Shown: positions 47,054-57,970, counted from the first letter of the stretch. The stretch: DNA of 64,000 bases from an uncultured Muribaculum sp. (GCF_910583865.1 NZ_CAJTYX010000007.1:12588-76587); one strand, 5' to 3'. Numbers and translations are program-made. Notes: generated by a model not told the origin, from the sequence alone.

Positions 47054-48163
47054 TTACCTTTTAGAGGGAGTGATGCCGTATTTCGACAGTATGTCGAGTA
47101 TTGGTTGACGTATGGATTTCATCCAGTTTGCATACCCAAGGTCGGAGGGATGGAGTAGGTCCGTGCAGGAATAGCCGTCAGTGTCGGGTTCCGGATATAT
47201 CATATAGATATTCGGATCGGTCTCCATTGCCTTGCGCACTACCTCTTCAGCGGTTTTCATCTTTTCGGTCTCGCTTTTTTCGATACGTGTATTGAAATTA
47301 CGGGCGCCGATATGTATTGTCTGCTGGAAGATGATGGGAGTGGAGGGGTGTTTCGTGCGTATGGTTTTTAAGAAATCGTCAAACCGCTCACGGATTTCTG
47401 CTGCCGAGGGATTGGAGAATGCATCGAACACGAAGGCGTTGGCATCCGTGTCGGCGAGTACCCTGGCGTAGCTTTGTTGTAGCTTGGAGTTGCCGCCTAC
47501 TCCGAGGGAGCATACGTCCAGCCCTGTGGCACGTTGGAACTGCAATTGATATGGAATGCCGGCACGGCTCGTGCTCGTACCGTGGGTATAGCTTGAGCCC
47601 CAGAACACTATCTTATGCTTGAACGGATTGGGTGCGGCGGTGATCGTGGCTCCGGAATCGATTCCAACATATGCCTCGCGGATGATGCTGCGCAGGGGCA
47701 GGTAAAGCAGGCATTCCTTTTCTCCCGATGCCATGTTCTCGACAAGCGCTACAGGCTCGCCCTTTTCCGACGGGACTCCCGAGCCGGCATACAGCCACTT
47801 GCCGTCACGACGTATGTAGAGGTCGCATCCCGCTATGGCTATGTCGGTGGTGTTTGGCATTGCATTGCGGAACTCGTAATCGAAATTTGCATATATGTTG
47901 CGGCTGTCGGTGTTGAACACGAGTGCGAGTCCCGATGCCGTGACATTGAGGTTGCGACGCTGGAAGTCGGTGAACCCGCCATATCTCAGGGAATCGACAC
48001 GCGCGTAACGATCGGTGGTGGGCATAAGTTTGCCGATCAGAGTCAGTTCGCTGCCGGGTATATACACAGTATTTTTGCCGCTCAGTGACGGCTGTGCCAC
48101 GATTGCGCCTATGGCATATGGTACAAGCAGAAATGTGGCGAATAATTTCTTCCTTAATCTCAC
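47054..48163 (-). CDS. SGNH/GDSL hydrolase (GxDLY N-terminal domain)
   Basis: GCDLY, WGSSYTHG, LGVGGN, FSNP, DLLHPSDLG. Confidence 0.88.
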   Translation of the reverse strand: MRLRKKLFATFLLVPYAIGAIVAQPSLSGKNTVYIPGSELTLIGKLMPTTDRYARVDSLRYGGFTDFQRRNLNVTASGLALVFNTDSRNIYANFDYEFRNAMPNTTDIAIAGCDLYIRRDGKWLYAGSGVPSEKGEPVALVENMASGEKECLLYLPLRSIIREAYVGIDSGATITAAPNPFKHKIVFWGSSYTHGTSTSRAGIPYQLQFQRATGLDVCSLGVGGNSKLQQSYARVLADTDANAFVFDAFSNPSAAEIRERFDDFLKTIRTKHPSTPIIFQQTIHIGARNFNTRIEKSETEKMKTAEEVVRKAMETDPNIYMIYPEPDTDGYSCTDLLHPSDLGYANWMKSIRQPILDILSKYGITPSKR

Positions 48164-48271
48164 TTCAATTGTTGCGTTTTTTGGTTGTGGTTAAGAATAG
48201 ACGATTCGTCCATGTGACAAATCGCTCCCTACAATCAAAGACGCATTGACTATGAAAATCTATAGTATGAA

Positions 48272-48391
48272 GCGGACGTGTCAGAATAGCCCTCAGGGGT
48301 GCCGCTATTTACACCGGTTTTTCTCCGCGATGGTTGGAAGTACTTCCTGTCCGTACACAAAAACGGCGGTATGCCGATTTTGACACACCGC
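48272..48391. mobile_element. ~120-bp MITE-like element with gtgtcaraat terminal inverted repeats
   Basis: gcggacgtgtcagaat ... attttgacacaccgc. Confidence 0.5.
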
Positions 48392-48450
48392 CTTATGGCA
48401 GTTTGGGTTATGGTTGCTTCCCATGGGATGCATGGGGAGTCAAAGTGCGG

Positions 48451-49890
48451 TCATTTCATGACGTCGCGGGCGGGATCGGCCATGGCATGGCGGTAGCCTT
48501 TGACGCGGTTCCAGGCGCCACGCGTGAAGTCGGGGACCTCGACGGGGGCGGAGCCGTTTTTGATGGAGATTTCAGACAGGGGTATGAGCGAGCACCATTC
48601 CGCCAGGTCGTAGACGTCCATGTCGAGGGGGAGGCCGTTGCGCAGGCAGTAGACGAGGCGGTAGTCCATTATATAGTCCATGCCGCCATGTCCGCCGACC
48701 TTGCGTGCGCGGTCGCCTACTTCACGTATGATAGGATGGGTGTACTTCTTTTCGAGGGCCTTTTTCTGGGATGCCGAGACGAACTTGTGGGCGCTGAGGT
48801 TCTCGTGGTCGGGCACGTTGTCGCCTCCGGCAATCTGCTCCGGCTCGAAGGAGTAGCCCTGCACGGGATATTTGTTGGCGAATCCCTTGGTGCCGGTGAG
48901 CTGGTACATGCGCGAGTAGGGGCGTGGTGTGAGCACGTCGTGCTGAATGTGGAGGGTCTTGCCGTTGGCCGTGCGTATCATGGTCATCGTGTGGTCGCCG
49001 TTGAGGAACGTGTCGGGGCGCTCGCCGGTTGTGGCTTCGAGGTAGTCGGGTCCGTTGACGGCTTTGGTGTCCATCGACACGAGGGTTGTCATACGGTCGC
49101 CACGGTGCATGTCGAGCAGCTGGCATGCCGGACCTACGCCGTGGGTGGGGTAGACGTCGCCGCGATGGCCGATATTGTACTTCATGCGCCAGTCGTTATG
49201 GTAGTATGGCCAAAACTCCTTGAGATCATGGATATAGCTACCCTCCACGTGCAGCACCTCGCCGAACAGGCCTTGCTGGGCCATGTTGAGGGTGTTCATC
49301 TCGAAGAAGTCGTAGACGCAGTTCTCGAGCTGCATGCAGTGACGGCGTGTGCGTTCCGAAGTGTCGATGAGCTGCCATATCTCGTCGAGGTTCATGGCCG
49401 CAGGCACTTCGATGGCCACATGCTTGCCATGCTCCATGGCATACACGCCCATGGGAGCATGTGTGCGCCAGTCGGTCACGACATATACGAGGTCGATGTC
49501 GGGGCGGTCGCACAGTTGCTTCCATGCCTCCGGCGAGCCTGAGTAGGCGGCTGCGTCGGGCAGCCCGGCGCGACGCAGTATCATCTGGGCTGAATCCACG
49601 CGGGACGGTTCGAGGTCGCAGAGTGCCACGATCTTGGTGCCGGGGATATGGGTGAAGCGCTCCACGGCGTCGGGACCACGCATGCCGAGACCTATGAAGC
49701 CGACACGCACGGTGTCGAGCGGAGCTGCCGCGAACTCGAGCATGTCGGTCTGTCCGGCCGCACGTGCAGGCGTCTCGGTGACGATAGGCGCATATGTGTT
49801 GCGGGCCGGAGTGGAAGGCTCGTTGCCGAGGACAGAAACTGTCGGATATGCAAGAAGAGCCGACAGGAAGAGGATGATTTCTTTTTTCAT
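48451..49890 (-). CDS. GH109 family NAD+-dependent glycosidase (alpha-N-acetylgalactosaminidase-like)
   Basis: IGLGMRG, EVPAA, MQLENCVY, YPTHG, PRPYSR, GGHGGMD, DMDVYD, PDFTRG. Start set to MKKEII. Confidence 0.92.
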   Translation of the reverse strand: MKKEIILFLSALLAYPTVSVLGNEPSTPARNTYAPIVTETPARAAGQTDMLEFAAAPLDTVRVGFIGLGMRGPDAVERFTHIPGTKIVALCDLEPSRVDSAQMILRRAGLPDAAAYSGSPEAWKQLCDRPDIDLVYVVTDWRTHAPMGVYAMEHGKHVAIEVPAAMNLDEIWQLIDTSERTRRHCMQLENCVYDFFEMNTLNMAQQGLFGEVLHVEGSYIHDLKEFWPYYHNDWRMKYNIGHRGDVYPTHGVGPACQLLDMHRGDRMTTLVSMDTKAVNGPDYLEATTGERPDTFLNGDHTMTMIRTANGKTLHIQHDVLTPRPYSRMYQLTGTKGFANKYPVQGYSFEPEQIAGGDNVPDHENLSAHKFVSASQKKALEKKYTHPIIREVGDRARKVGGHGGMDYIMDYRLVYCLRNGLPLDMDVYDLAEWCSLIPLSEISIKNGSAPVEVPDFTRGAWNRVKGYRHAMADPARDVMK

Positions 49891-50048
49891 GATCGGTTTA
49901 GGGTTAAATCGTGGCACAAAATTATCGAATGATTTCATTTAATGCAAATCCGCAGGAGTAAAAACTGTAGGAAATGCGTGAAAAGCGAAAGATGGCTATG
50001 TCGCAGCGTAATCTCCCGCTTTCGTTTTGTGCGATTGCTGTCGGTCTG

Positions 50049-51392
50049 TCAGAACGAGAATTGAGCCATTGCGCCGAACCTTTTTGCCCGGCGATGTTCG
50101 CCGCTGAAGTTACGGCGTTCGCCAAGATCGAACTCTGCGCCGACCTGCATGCGCGGTGTCAGGTTCCAGAACACGTTGACAGCTCCGAACAGGCCGTATT
50201 TATATTCATCGGGGCTTACGGCTTTCGCCGGGAGATAGCGCGTCTGGCTTGCTGACACAGACACGAACAGTTCAGGACGGAAATTGTACTGTACTCCAAA
50301 GCACCATCCGAATGACGCGGGAGAATAAAGACGTCCCGGCGTGTCAGGATCGCCGATGAGGTCGTAGCTCCCTATCAGAAGGTCGCCACCGAGGCTCTGG
50401 TATCCATGTCCGTAGCATACGTTGGCATAGGTGGTGACTGCATAGGCCGGACGAGCCACTGAGCTGAGCATAACTCCCCATCCGACGGTGTTGTGGTTGC
50501 GGGCCTCGATCATGTCGCGGTAAGATAGAGTGCGCACTATGCCGGCGAGCCTCACATGCTGCCCCGGCGCCCACTGGTATTGTCCGAATGCGGCGAAGTC
50601 GGGCATCCATACGCTGACTTTCTCTGTCGATTCGTTGTCGACAGCCAGTGAAGGTTCGGGTGTCTCCACCGAAACGGCCACTGTCCATCTCTCCTTGAAT
50701 GTCGGCATATAGCGCACCAGCACCGATGTCGGTGAAATCTTGTTGTTAGGACCCTGCGCGTCGACTGTGGGCGGGAGTGCGGCAGGATCGCTGAATGTGG
50801 AGTTGGCATATCCGATGGTGAAGTCGTTGATCACGGCATAAGCCTTCTTCAGATGGAAGTCGCGCGACTGGTAGCCGTTGAAGTTGGCTTCTATGTAGAG
50901 CTGGTAGTCGCCGAGCGACTTGTTGCGGCCGAGTACACGGAAAAACAGCGCTGTCCCTGCCGGTGTCGTGCCCAGGTGGCGCATGTCAGTAGGCGATGGA
51001 TCCATCGGTATCAAGTATGGGGCGAATCCAGATGCCGGTATGGCGCCTCCCCAGTCGTAGTAACCGCGCATTCTCACGCATCCCCCAATTCCCATTGCAA
51101 GCTGCGCGTCCTTGCTCAGAAACAGAAAGTATGGGGCGGCGGGGTCGGAAAAGTGGCGGAATTGGTCGTAGTAGAATGCCGAGATCTTGTTCCGTATGGA
51201 ATCGACATAGGCTTGTGTGTGTATGTCGGCCGGATGTCCGTCGATATAGACGGTCTTGTGCGATTCTACAAGGGAGTCGATCTGTTGGTCGGCGAGCGGT
51301 TTGGTCTGCGCATGCGCGCACGTACCGTATATAGAGGCCATGGCTATGACTGCCGTTGTTATCAAGGCACGTATTGGATGTGACGGTTTCAT
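50049..51392 (-). CDS. DcaP-family outer membrane porin
   Basis: FRHFSDPAAPYFLF, IGGCVRM, YIEANF, KKAY, TFSD, MPDF, terminal QFSF. Confidence 0.75.
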   Translation of the reverse strand: MKPSHPIRALITTAVIAMASIYGTCAHAQTKPLADQQIDSLVESHKTVYIDGHPADIHTQAYVDSIRNKISAFYYDQFRHFSDPAAPYFLFLSKDAQLAMGIGGCVRMRGYYDWGGAIPASGFAPYLIPMDPSPTDMRHLGTTPAGTALFFRVLGRNKSLGDYQLYIEANFNGYQSRDFHLKKAYAVINDFTIGYANSTFSDPAALPPTVDAQGPNNKISPTSVLVRYMPTFKERWTVAVSVETPEPSLAVDNESTEKVSVWMPDFAAFGQYQWAPGQHVRLAGIVRTLSYRDMIEARNHNTVGWGVMLSSVARPAYAVTTYANVCYGHGYQSLGGDLLIGSYDLIGDPDTPGRLYSPASFGWCFGVQYNFRPELFVSVSASQTRYLPAKAVSPDEYKYGLFGAVNVFWNLTPRMQVGAEFDLGERRNFSGEHRRAKRFGAMAQFSF

Positions 51393-51603
51393 ATGTGTGA
51401 AAATAATTTGGAGAATGATAAATATATTTATCAAACATCGGAATTTTCAGTTTTGTTTTTAGGGGGTGTTTCATGCCAGAAGTTAAATGCGATATTATCC
51501 CTCGCTTTCGCATACTTGGAGACGCTTGCGAGAATACGATGCTTTTAACGTTTCGTTTCGAAAAAATTTAGTAAAAATATTTTTCGAAATGTAAAATGAT
51601 AAT

Positions 51604-51611
51604 TATATTTG
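51604..51611 (+). promoter_or_regulatory. -7 element TATATTTG
   Basis: Consensus match ~100 bp upstream of ATG 51708. Confidence 0.6.
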
Positions 51612-51707
51612 CAGCCGAAAGGGACTGTGCTGTGATGCAGGAAATGATGCCATGAAATGACGGCAATTCGTCCCGAAATTCCGTTAGTGACGCAATTAAG
51701 AACCTAA

Positions 51708-53189
51708 ATGATTAAAAATGAATTTGTTAAGGGGGGGGGGGGTAAAACTCCATGCGATTATATCCCCGCTTGTGAAGAGCGTCGGATATGGCGTGACTGT
51801 CTGAGGAACGTCCTTTATGGCGGTTTGTTCATCGCCATGTCAATATGCGCTACATCATGTTCGACGTCGGATAATGACTCCGGATCGCCGGTGGAGCCTC
51901 CGGTAGAGATTCCTGATGAGCCGACCGGTCCTGTTGACTACAGTGCGCTTAAGGGCTTTGTCCGGGAAAGCGCCTCTGCCGCCGACTATTGCCGCAGTTT
52001 CAGTGCGGCCTCCGATCAATTCCGCCTTGTCTCCAAAGCCGGAAAGTCGGTCAGCGTGGATAAGGGCGGCGTGCCCTACCTGCTGCTTAATGCCGCCGGC
52101 GACATTCTTGTCGACGGCAAGAACTTTCGTGGCGACGAGACCCCTGTCATCAACCGGAATGTGGCGCCATCCGTGTCTGTCAGTGCCTCTGGCAACCTGC
52201 TCGTGGAGGGCAAGGACCTTGGCGTAAAAGCGGGCGACGTGCTTCGTTGCGTGATCAACGCCCGCAAACACATATATTTTTGCTTCTCGGATGGAACCAT
52301 GACTCTTCCGAGCGAAGTTTTCGTGCCATACAATCCCTCGCTTCCTGTCGATGTCGCAAAGCTCGACATACTATTTATCGGAAACAGCTTCACCGTAGAC
52401 GCTACCGAGCATCTTCCCGGCATGCTTGCCGCCTCGGGCATAAACAATGTCAACATGACGCGCCTGTACCATGGGGGATACACGCTTCCTGAATATCATG
52501 CCAATTTCTCGAGTGAAGTGTGCGCACGCTACGACTATGCCCCGGGCGCACAGTCGTGGGGCGGAAACGCTACTCTCGATGACAAGCCTTCCGACGCTCT
52601 TGCCGCCCGCGACTGGGATGTGATCGTCGTGCAGGAGCATACAGGCCGCAGCGAGGCCTGGTCGTGGCCCGGGGTACTCGGGCCTGCCGTGGAGGGATTG
52701 CGCGACAGGTTCTATGAGAGCCGTCCCGACCACAGGCCGACGGTGGTCTACCTTATGTCGCAGACATACAGCACCGGCTCTGACGTGCTTATCCGGAATT
52801 TTGACAACAGCCGCGATAAGATGTTCGCCACCACGACCGCTGTCGTTAAGCAGCTTATGGACGAGACCGGCATAGACATGGTGGTCTCCACGGGAGCCGT
52901 GCTTGAGAACCTGCGGACCTCACGGGTCAACAATGACATGCAGCTCACCCGCGACAGCTATCATATGGATTTCGGGCTGAGCCGCTACGCCGCAGCCTGT
53001 GCCATTTTCGAGACGGTCATAACTCCCGCCACAGGAAAGAAAATCGGTGACTGCCCGTACCGCTACTCCAAGTCGAGCACTGAATCGGGAAAATACTCCA
53101 CTCCCGTCACCGACGATAACGCCCCGGTGGCGCAGCGTGCCGCCCACGAGGCCGTGAAACATCCGTTTGCAGTCACTTCAATCGACTGA
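51708..53189 (+). CDS. DUF4886-like SGNH-fold lipoprotein with a G12 tract in its 5' end
   Basis: Lipobox ATSC; ILFIGNSFT, VVQEH, RDSYH; G12 at 51731-51742. Confidence 0.8.
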   Translation: MIKNEFVKGGGGKTPCDYIPACEERRIWRDCLRNVLYGGLFIAMSICATSCSTSDNDSGSPVEPPVEIPDEPTGPVDYSALKGFVRESASAADYCRSFSAASDQFRLVSKAGKSVSVDKGGVPYLLLNAAGDILVDGKNFRGDETPVINRNVAPSVSVSASGNLLVEGKDLGVKAGDVLRCVINARKHIYFCFSDGTMTLPSEVFVPYNPSLPVDVAKLDILFIGNSFTVDATEHLPGMLAASGINNVNMTRLYHGGYTLPEYHANFSSEVCARYDYAPGAQSWGGNATLDDKPSDALAARDWDVIVVQEHTGRSEAWSWPGVLGPAVEGLRDRFYESRPDHRPTVVYLMSQTYSTGSDVLIRNFDNSRDKMFATTTAVVKQLMDETGIDMVVSTGAVLENLRTSRVNNDMQLTRDSYHMDFGLSRYAAACAIFETVITPATGKKIGDCPYRYSKSSTESGKYSTPVTDDNAPVAQRAAHEAVKHPFAVTSID

Positions 53190-53292
53190 CCTCCGCTCTA
53201 TGCGCTTTCATGAGCGCCGGGCTTCTCATGCCTTCTCTCTAACCTTAAATATGTGAATACTGTAATTAATTATTAACTAACCCCAACATCTA

Positions 53293-56200
53293 ATGAAACC
53301 AAACAGTGTGACTACAGTGAACACGCCGCGGAGCATTCTCTTGAGGATTGCCACCGTAGTGATGATGTCGCTGTTCATGTTCGTTCCGCCCGCATCCGCG
53401 CAGGAATCAGGCGCGCTGATAAAAGGTGTGGTGAGCGACGAGACCGGTGAGCCTCTCACAGGGGCCGTGGTGAGAATCCCCGGCACATCACGCGGCACAT
53501 CCACCGACATTGATGGAGCGTATGCCATACGCGCCTCGAAAGGCGAGACCATCGAATTCGCCTACATCGGCTATGACAAGCAGCAGGTGAAGGTAAAGGA
53601 ATCGCCGGCCACTATCAATGTGACCCTGAATCCGAATGCACAGATGCAGATGGACGAAGTGGTGGTAATCGGCTACGGTACGGTAAAGAAAACCGATATG
53701 ACCGGTTCTGTCACCAATGTCAAGATGAGCGACATCAAGGACGCTCCCGTCCTCTCTGTCGACCAGGCCCTTCAGGGTCGAATCGCCGGTGCCGACATCA
53801 TGAGCAGTACGGGTGAGCCTGGATCCAACACATCGATCCGCATCCGAGGCACACGCTCCATCACCGCGTCCAACGAACCCCTTATCGTGGTCGACGGCGT
53901 GATGGATGCCGTGCACGACCTCAACGACCTCAACATGGCCGACATACAGTCGATTTCCGTCCTAAAGGATGCCTCGTCGACAGCCATCTACGGTTCGCGC
54001 GGCTCCAACGGCGTAATCATCGTCACCACCAAGAAAGGCAGCAGCACGTCAGGCAAGCCCAACATCACCCTCAAGGCCGATGTCGGGTTCTCGCAACTCC
54101 CCCGCGGTCTCGATATCATGGACGCATCGGAGTTTGCCCAGTACCGTAACGACTATACCTACTTCAGCACCACCGGTGAGGATACCGACGTGAAGGATGG
54201 TGTTCCCTTGAACAAGTACCCTTATCCGGATCCGTTCTCTATGAGAGGCACCGACTGGATCAAAGAGATCACACGTACTGCCCCGACGCAGAACTACGCC
54301 CTCTCTATCTCCGGACGCACAGCCAAGACAAGCTACTACGGTTCTCTCAGCTACAACGACACCGAAGGTATCATCCAGAACAGCGGCATGAAGCGTTTCA
54401 CGGGACGCCTAAGCCTTGAACATGAGTTCGCGAAATGGATCAAGGTGGGTTATAAGGGTAGCTATACACACCGTGACCAGGACATAAACCTTGCTTCGAT
54501 CGGCGGATCTTCGCCCAATCAGGGCGCAATGTACCTCAGTCCGCTTATCAGCCCCTCCGACAACTACAACCCCTTCTACGGCAACGGGCAGAAGATCAAT
54601 ACTCCTCGTGCCACCATCGACCTCAACACCAACAACTTCAAGCGCAGGTCGATGAACCACTCAATTACTTTCGACATCAGCATCCTCCCCAACCTCAAGC
54701 TCCGCAGCCAGAACTCGTACTATACTTACGACCGCGAGCAGTTCCGTTACTATCCCTCCACACTACCCCGCAAGAGCGAAGGCGAGGGCGGCGAGGCCTA
54801 CCGCGCTGACTGGAAAGAGTGGACGCTTTCTTCGGAAAACACCCTTACATGGAATCTGGAGACCAAGAGCGGGCACAATCTCGACATAATGGGCGGTTTC
54901 ACCGGCTACAAGTACCATAGCGACAACTTCACCCTCGAAGGCAAGGGATATCTTGACGACAACGTGAAGTGGAACAACATGAATGCCGTACCTGACAAGG
55001 AAACATACTCGGCAGGCACATCCACCTCCAACAAGACCAAGATGTCGGCTCTCGCGCGCTTCAACTACAACTACAAGCAGCGCTACTATGTGACTTTCAC
55101 CGGACGTTACGATGGCGCATCCAACTTTGCCGCCAACAACAAGTGGGCATTCTTCCCCTCGGGCGCCTTGAAGTGGAACGTCGCCAACGAGAAATTCATG
55201 AAAAATCTCACATGGCTTGACGAATTGTCCATCCGCCTCAGTGCCGGACGCACCGGTAACGACGCTATCTCCGCCTACCGTTCGATGGCGGCTCTCGGCA
55301 CGACCACCGGAGGCTACCTTTTCGGTGGCTCACAGCCTGTCACTTTCTATCCCAGCCGTCTCGCGTCGCCCAACCTCACATGGGAAAAGACCGACCTCTA
55401 TAACGTTGCCGCCGACATGTCGTTCCTGAATGGGCGCATCGTGGTCACTGCCGAAGGCTACATCTCAAAGACTTCCGACCTGCTCCTCAACGTGCAGACC
55501 GCCACACAGTCGGGCTACACATCGCGCTTCACCAACCTCGGCAAGACCTCCAACAAAGGTGTCGAGCTGAGCATCGAGTCGCGCAACATATCCAACCGCA
55601 ATTTCTCCTGGACCACCAACTTCACCATCGCCCACAATGAGCAGATGGTCGATGAGATAGGTTCCGAGGACTTCGTAACCGCCATGAACTCCCCCGGCAA
55701 CTCGCCCTACATGATGATGGGCTACGTAAAGGGAAAGCCCCTCAACTCGCTCTGGGGATTCCGCTATGCGGGTGTATGGCACAACGAAGAGGAGTATTAC
55801 CGCAACAAGGTCACAAAGGCCTATGTGGCTGCCGAGACTCTCAATGACAGCAACATCGCAAACAAGCTCGGTACTCCACGCTATCTTGACCAGAACCGTG
55901 ACGGTGTGCTCAGCCAGGACGACCTCGTGTATCTCGGCAATGCCGACCCCATACTCTACGGTGGCCTGCAGAACAACTTCCGTCTCGGTAACTTCCGCCT
56001 CGGTGTATATTTCACTTACTCCATCGGCGGCAAGATTTACAACTACTCCGAGTTCTATATGGCCGGCGGATATTCCACCAACCAGTGGCGCTATATGCTC
56101 GACGCCTGGCATCCCGTGCGCAATCCCCAGTCGGATTATCCGCGAGCAGGCTGCCTGACAAACGTTCCTCCATCCGACTTCATGGTGTATGACGCTTCCT

Positions 56201-56433
56201 ATCTGCGATTGAAGAACGTGACGTTCAGCTACAACCTCGACCTCAGTGACAAGTGCAAGTTCATGCGTGACATCCAGTTTACCGTATCCGGTGAAAACCT
56301 CTGGTTATGGAAGAAGTACACGGGATTTGACCCTGACGTCTCCACCGACGACTCCTCGACGCTGCGTCGTGTCGACATGGGTGCATATCCTAAGGCACGC
56401 ACTATCGTATTCAGCATACAGATGCGTTACTGA
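53293..56433 (+). CDS. SusC family TonB-dependent transporter
   Basis: IQSISVLKDASSTAIYGSRGSNGVIIVTTK, DGASNF, LTWEKT, YTGFDPDV. Confidence 0.96.
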   Translation: MKPNSVTTVNTPRSILLRIATVVMMSLFMFVPPASAQESGALIKGVVSDETGEPLTGAVVRIPGTSRGTSTDIDGAYAIRASKGETIEFAYIGYDKQQVKVKESPATINVTLNPNAQMQMDEVVVIGYGTVKKTDMTGSVTNVKMSDIKDAPVLSVDQALQGRIAGADIMSSTGEPGSNTSIRIRGTRSITASNEPLIVVDGVMDAVHDLNDLNMADIQSISVLKDASSTAIYGSRGSNGVIIVTTKKGSSTSGKPNITLKADVGFSQLPRGLDIMDASEFAQYRNDYTYFSTTGEDTDVKDGVPLNKYPYPDPFSMRGTDWIKEITRTAPTQNYALSISGRTAKTSYYGSLSYNDTEGIIQNSGMKRFTGRLSLEHEFAKWIKVGYKGSYTHRDQDINLASIGGSSPNQGAMYLSPLISPSDNYNPFYGNGQKINTPRATIDLNTNNFKRRSMNHSITFDISILPNLKLRSQNSYYTYDREQFRYYPSTLPRKSEGEGGEAYRADWKEWTLSSENTLTWNLETKSGHNLDIMGGFTGYKYHSDNFTLEGKGYLDDNVKWNNMNAVPDKETYSAGTSTSNKTKMSALARFNYNYKQRYYVTFTGRYDGASNFAANNKWAFFPSGALKWNVANEKFMKNLTWLDELSIRLSAGRTGNDAISAYRSMAALGTTTGGYLFGGSQPVTFYPSRLASPNLTWEKTDLYNVAADMSFLNGRIVVTAEGYISKTSDLLLNVQTATQSGYTSRFTNLGKTSNKGVELSIESRNISNRNFSWTTNFTIAHNEQMVDEIGSEDFVTAMNSPGNSPYMMMGYVKGKPLNSLWGFRYAGVWHNEEEYYRNKVTKAYVAAETLNDSNIANKLGTPRYLDQNRDGVLSQDDLVYLGNADPILYGGLQNNFRLGNFRLGVYFTYSIGGKIYNYSEFYMAGGYSTNQWRYMLDAWHPVRNPQSDYPRAGCLTNVPPSDFMVYDASYLRLKNVTFSYNLDLSDKCKFMRDIQFTVSGENLWLWKKYTGFDPDVSTDDSSTLRRVDMGAYPKARTIVFSIQMRY

Positions 56434-56476
56434 TTCTCTCCATACGCACAGTCAAACTTTTTAACAATTGACCAAC

Positions 56477-57970
56477 ATGAAAATCAGATATTTCATAACA
56501 GCTGTATTGGTGGCTGCCTCGACGGTTTTCAACGGGTGCTCTCTTGACGAGAAGATGGAATCTTCCGAACCGCAGACCTTCTTCCAGACGAGGGCGCAGT
56601 GTGTCTCTGCCGTCAACTCATGCTATTATACGCTGAAAAACCTGTATACAAATGTAATGATGATCGCCACCGAAGGTGTCACCGACCTGGCGGTTATCTA
56701 TTCGGCGACTGTCGACTGCACACTCGACATCTCCCCGTCGCAGCCTCGATTCGGCGCCACCGTCTGGACGCAGGCCTACAAGGGTGTCATGTTCTGCAAC
56801 TCGGCTATCGCCGGCATCGAGCGTTCTCCTCTCCCCGCGAAAGACAAGATAGAGCTGAAAGGCGAGGCTCAGATCATGAGAGCTTTCTATTATTATCTCC
56901 TCACCAGTTTCTTCGGCGATGTGCCCTACTATACTGTCGACGTGGCCACACAGGAACTGCAGATTGAAGTGGCGCATCTGCCGCGCATGTCGGCCGTAGA
57001 GACCCGCAACAAGTTGATTGCCGAGCTTCAGGAACTTTGCCCGCTTCTGCCGCAGGAACGCACCTCCGACGTAAAGGAAAACCGAGCAGGAGCTGCCATG
57101 GGATGGATGCTCATCGCCAAGATGGCCGCATGGAACAAGGACTGGGACACTGTCATCGACGCTGTCGACAGGCTTGAGGAGATTTATGGCGATCTCGGGC
57201 AGTATCCCCTTGAGGATATAATGTTCCGCAACAAGAACACCCCGGAGTCTATCTTCGAGATACAGCACACCTACACCCTGGGCGGTGTCAACTACTCCTC
57301 CAACGTGGCGGCTATCTGCATGCCTTACCCAAAGACCCAGAACAAGCCCATCTACGACAAGGTGGAAATCGAGGAGCTCGGCGCTACCGCTACGGCATGG
57401 CAGCCGATGCGTCCAAGCGCTTTCCTTGCCGGCTCGCTTCTGTACAAGGGTGTCAACGACAAGCGCGATGCCATCACGCTCATACATGACGGACTGAACG
57501 GGCAGAAGTTCTCCACGACAGGCTATACCTGGATGGGACGCAAGTTCTGGTGTCCCGGCATGTACCAGACCTACGACTCCAACAATTACAAGGTGTTCCG
57601 TTATGCCGACGCATTGCTTCTGAAGGCCGAGGCTTATTGCATGAAGGAGACAGACGCCGCTACTGCGGTAGAGTACCTCAACAAGACGAGGCGTCGTGCA
57701 GAAGCCGGCGACTATACATTCCGCAACTGGACAAAGCTTTTCCAGGAGATCATGGACGAGCGTGCCCGCGAGCTGTTCGGTGAGTTCCAGCGCAAGTTCG
57801 ACCTCGTGCGTTGGGGCAACTGGTACGAGCGTGTCCAGGCATTCAGCAACTACGACAAAGTACAGGCGAATATCCAGCCATGTCATGAGTACTATCCCAT
57901 CCCTGACACCGAAGTCGTTTACTCCGGATATGCTCTCGACAACAATGCATACAAGGCATGCGGCCTGTAG
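56477..57970 (+). CDS. RagB/SusD family lipoprotein
   Basis: Lipobox FNGC, GEAQIMRAFYY...FGDVP, RYADALLLKAEA, ERARELFGE, YYPIP. Confidence 0.95.
   Translation: MKIRYFITAVLVAASTVFNGCSLDEKMESSEPQTFFQTRAQCVSAVNSCYYTLKNLYTNVMMIATEGVTDLAVIYSATVDCTLDISPSQPRFGATVWTQAYKGVMFCNSAIAGIERSPLPAKDKIELKGEAQIMRAFYYYLLTSFFGDVPYYTVDVATQELQIEVAHLPRMSAVETRNKLIAELQELCPLLPQERTSDVKENRAGAAMGWMLIAKMAAWNKDWDTVIDAVDRLEEIYGDLGQYPLEDIMFRNKNTPESIFEIQHTYTLGGVNYSSNVAAICMPYPKTQNKPIYDKVEIEELGATATAWQPMRPSAFLAGSLLYKGVNDKRDAITLIHDGLNGQKFSTTGYTWMGRKFWCPGMYQTYDSNNYKVFRYADALLLKAEAYCMKETDAATAVEYLNKTRRRAEAGDYTFRNWTKLFQEIMDERARELFGEFQRKFDLVRWGNWYERVQAFSNYDKVQANIQPCHEYYPIPDTEVVYSGYALDNNAYKACGL

Noticed and set aside
24604..57886. Long alternative-frame or antisense ORFs (e.g. 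24604..25776, 33139..34377, 37740..38948, 41625..43082, 48334..49542, 56618..57886)
   Set aside because: Fully overlap well-supported genes; expected by-products of high GC3 codon bias.
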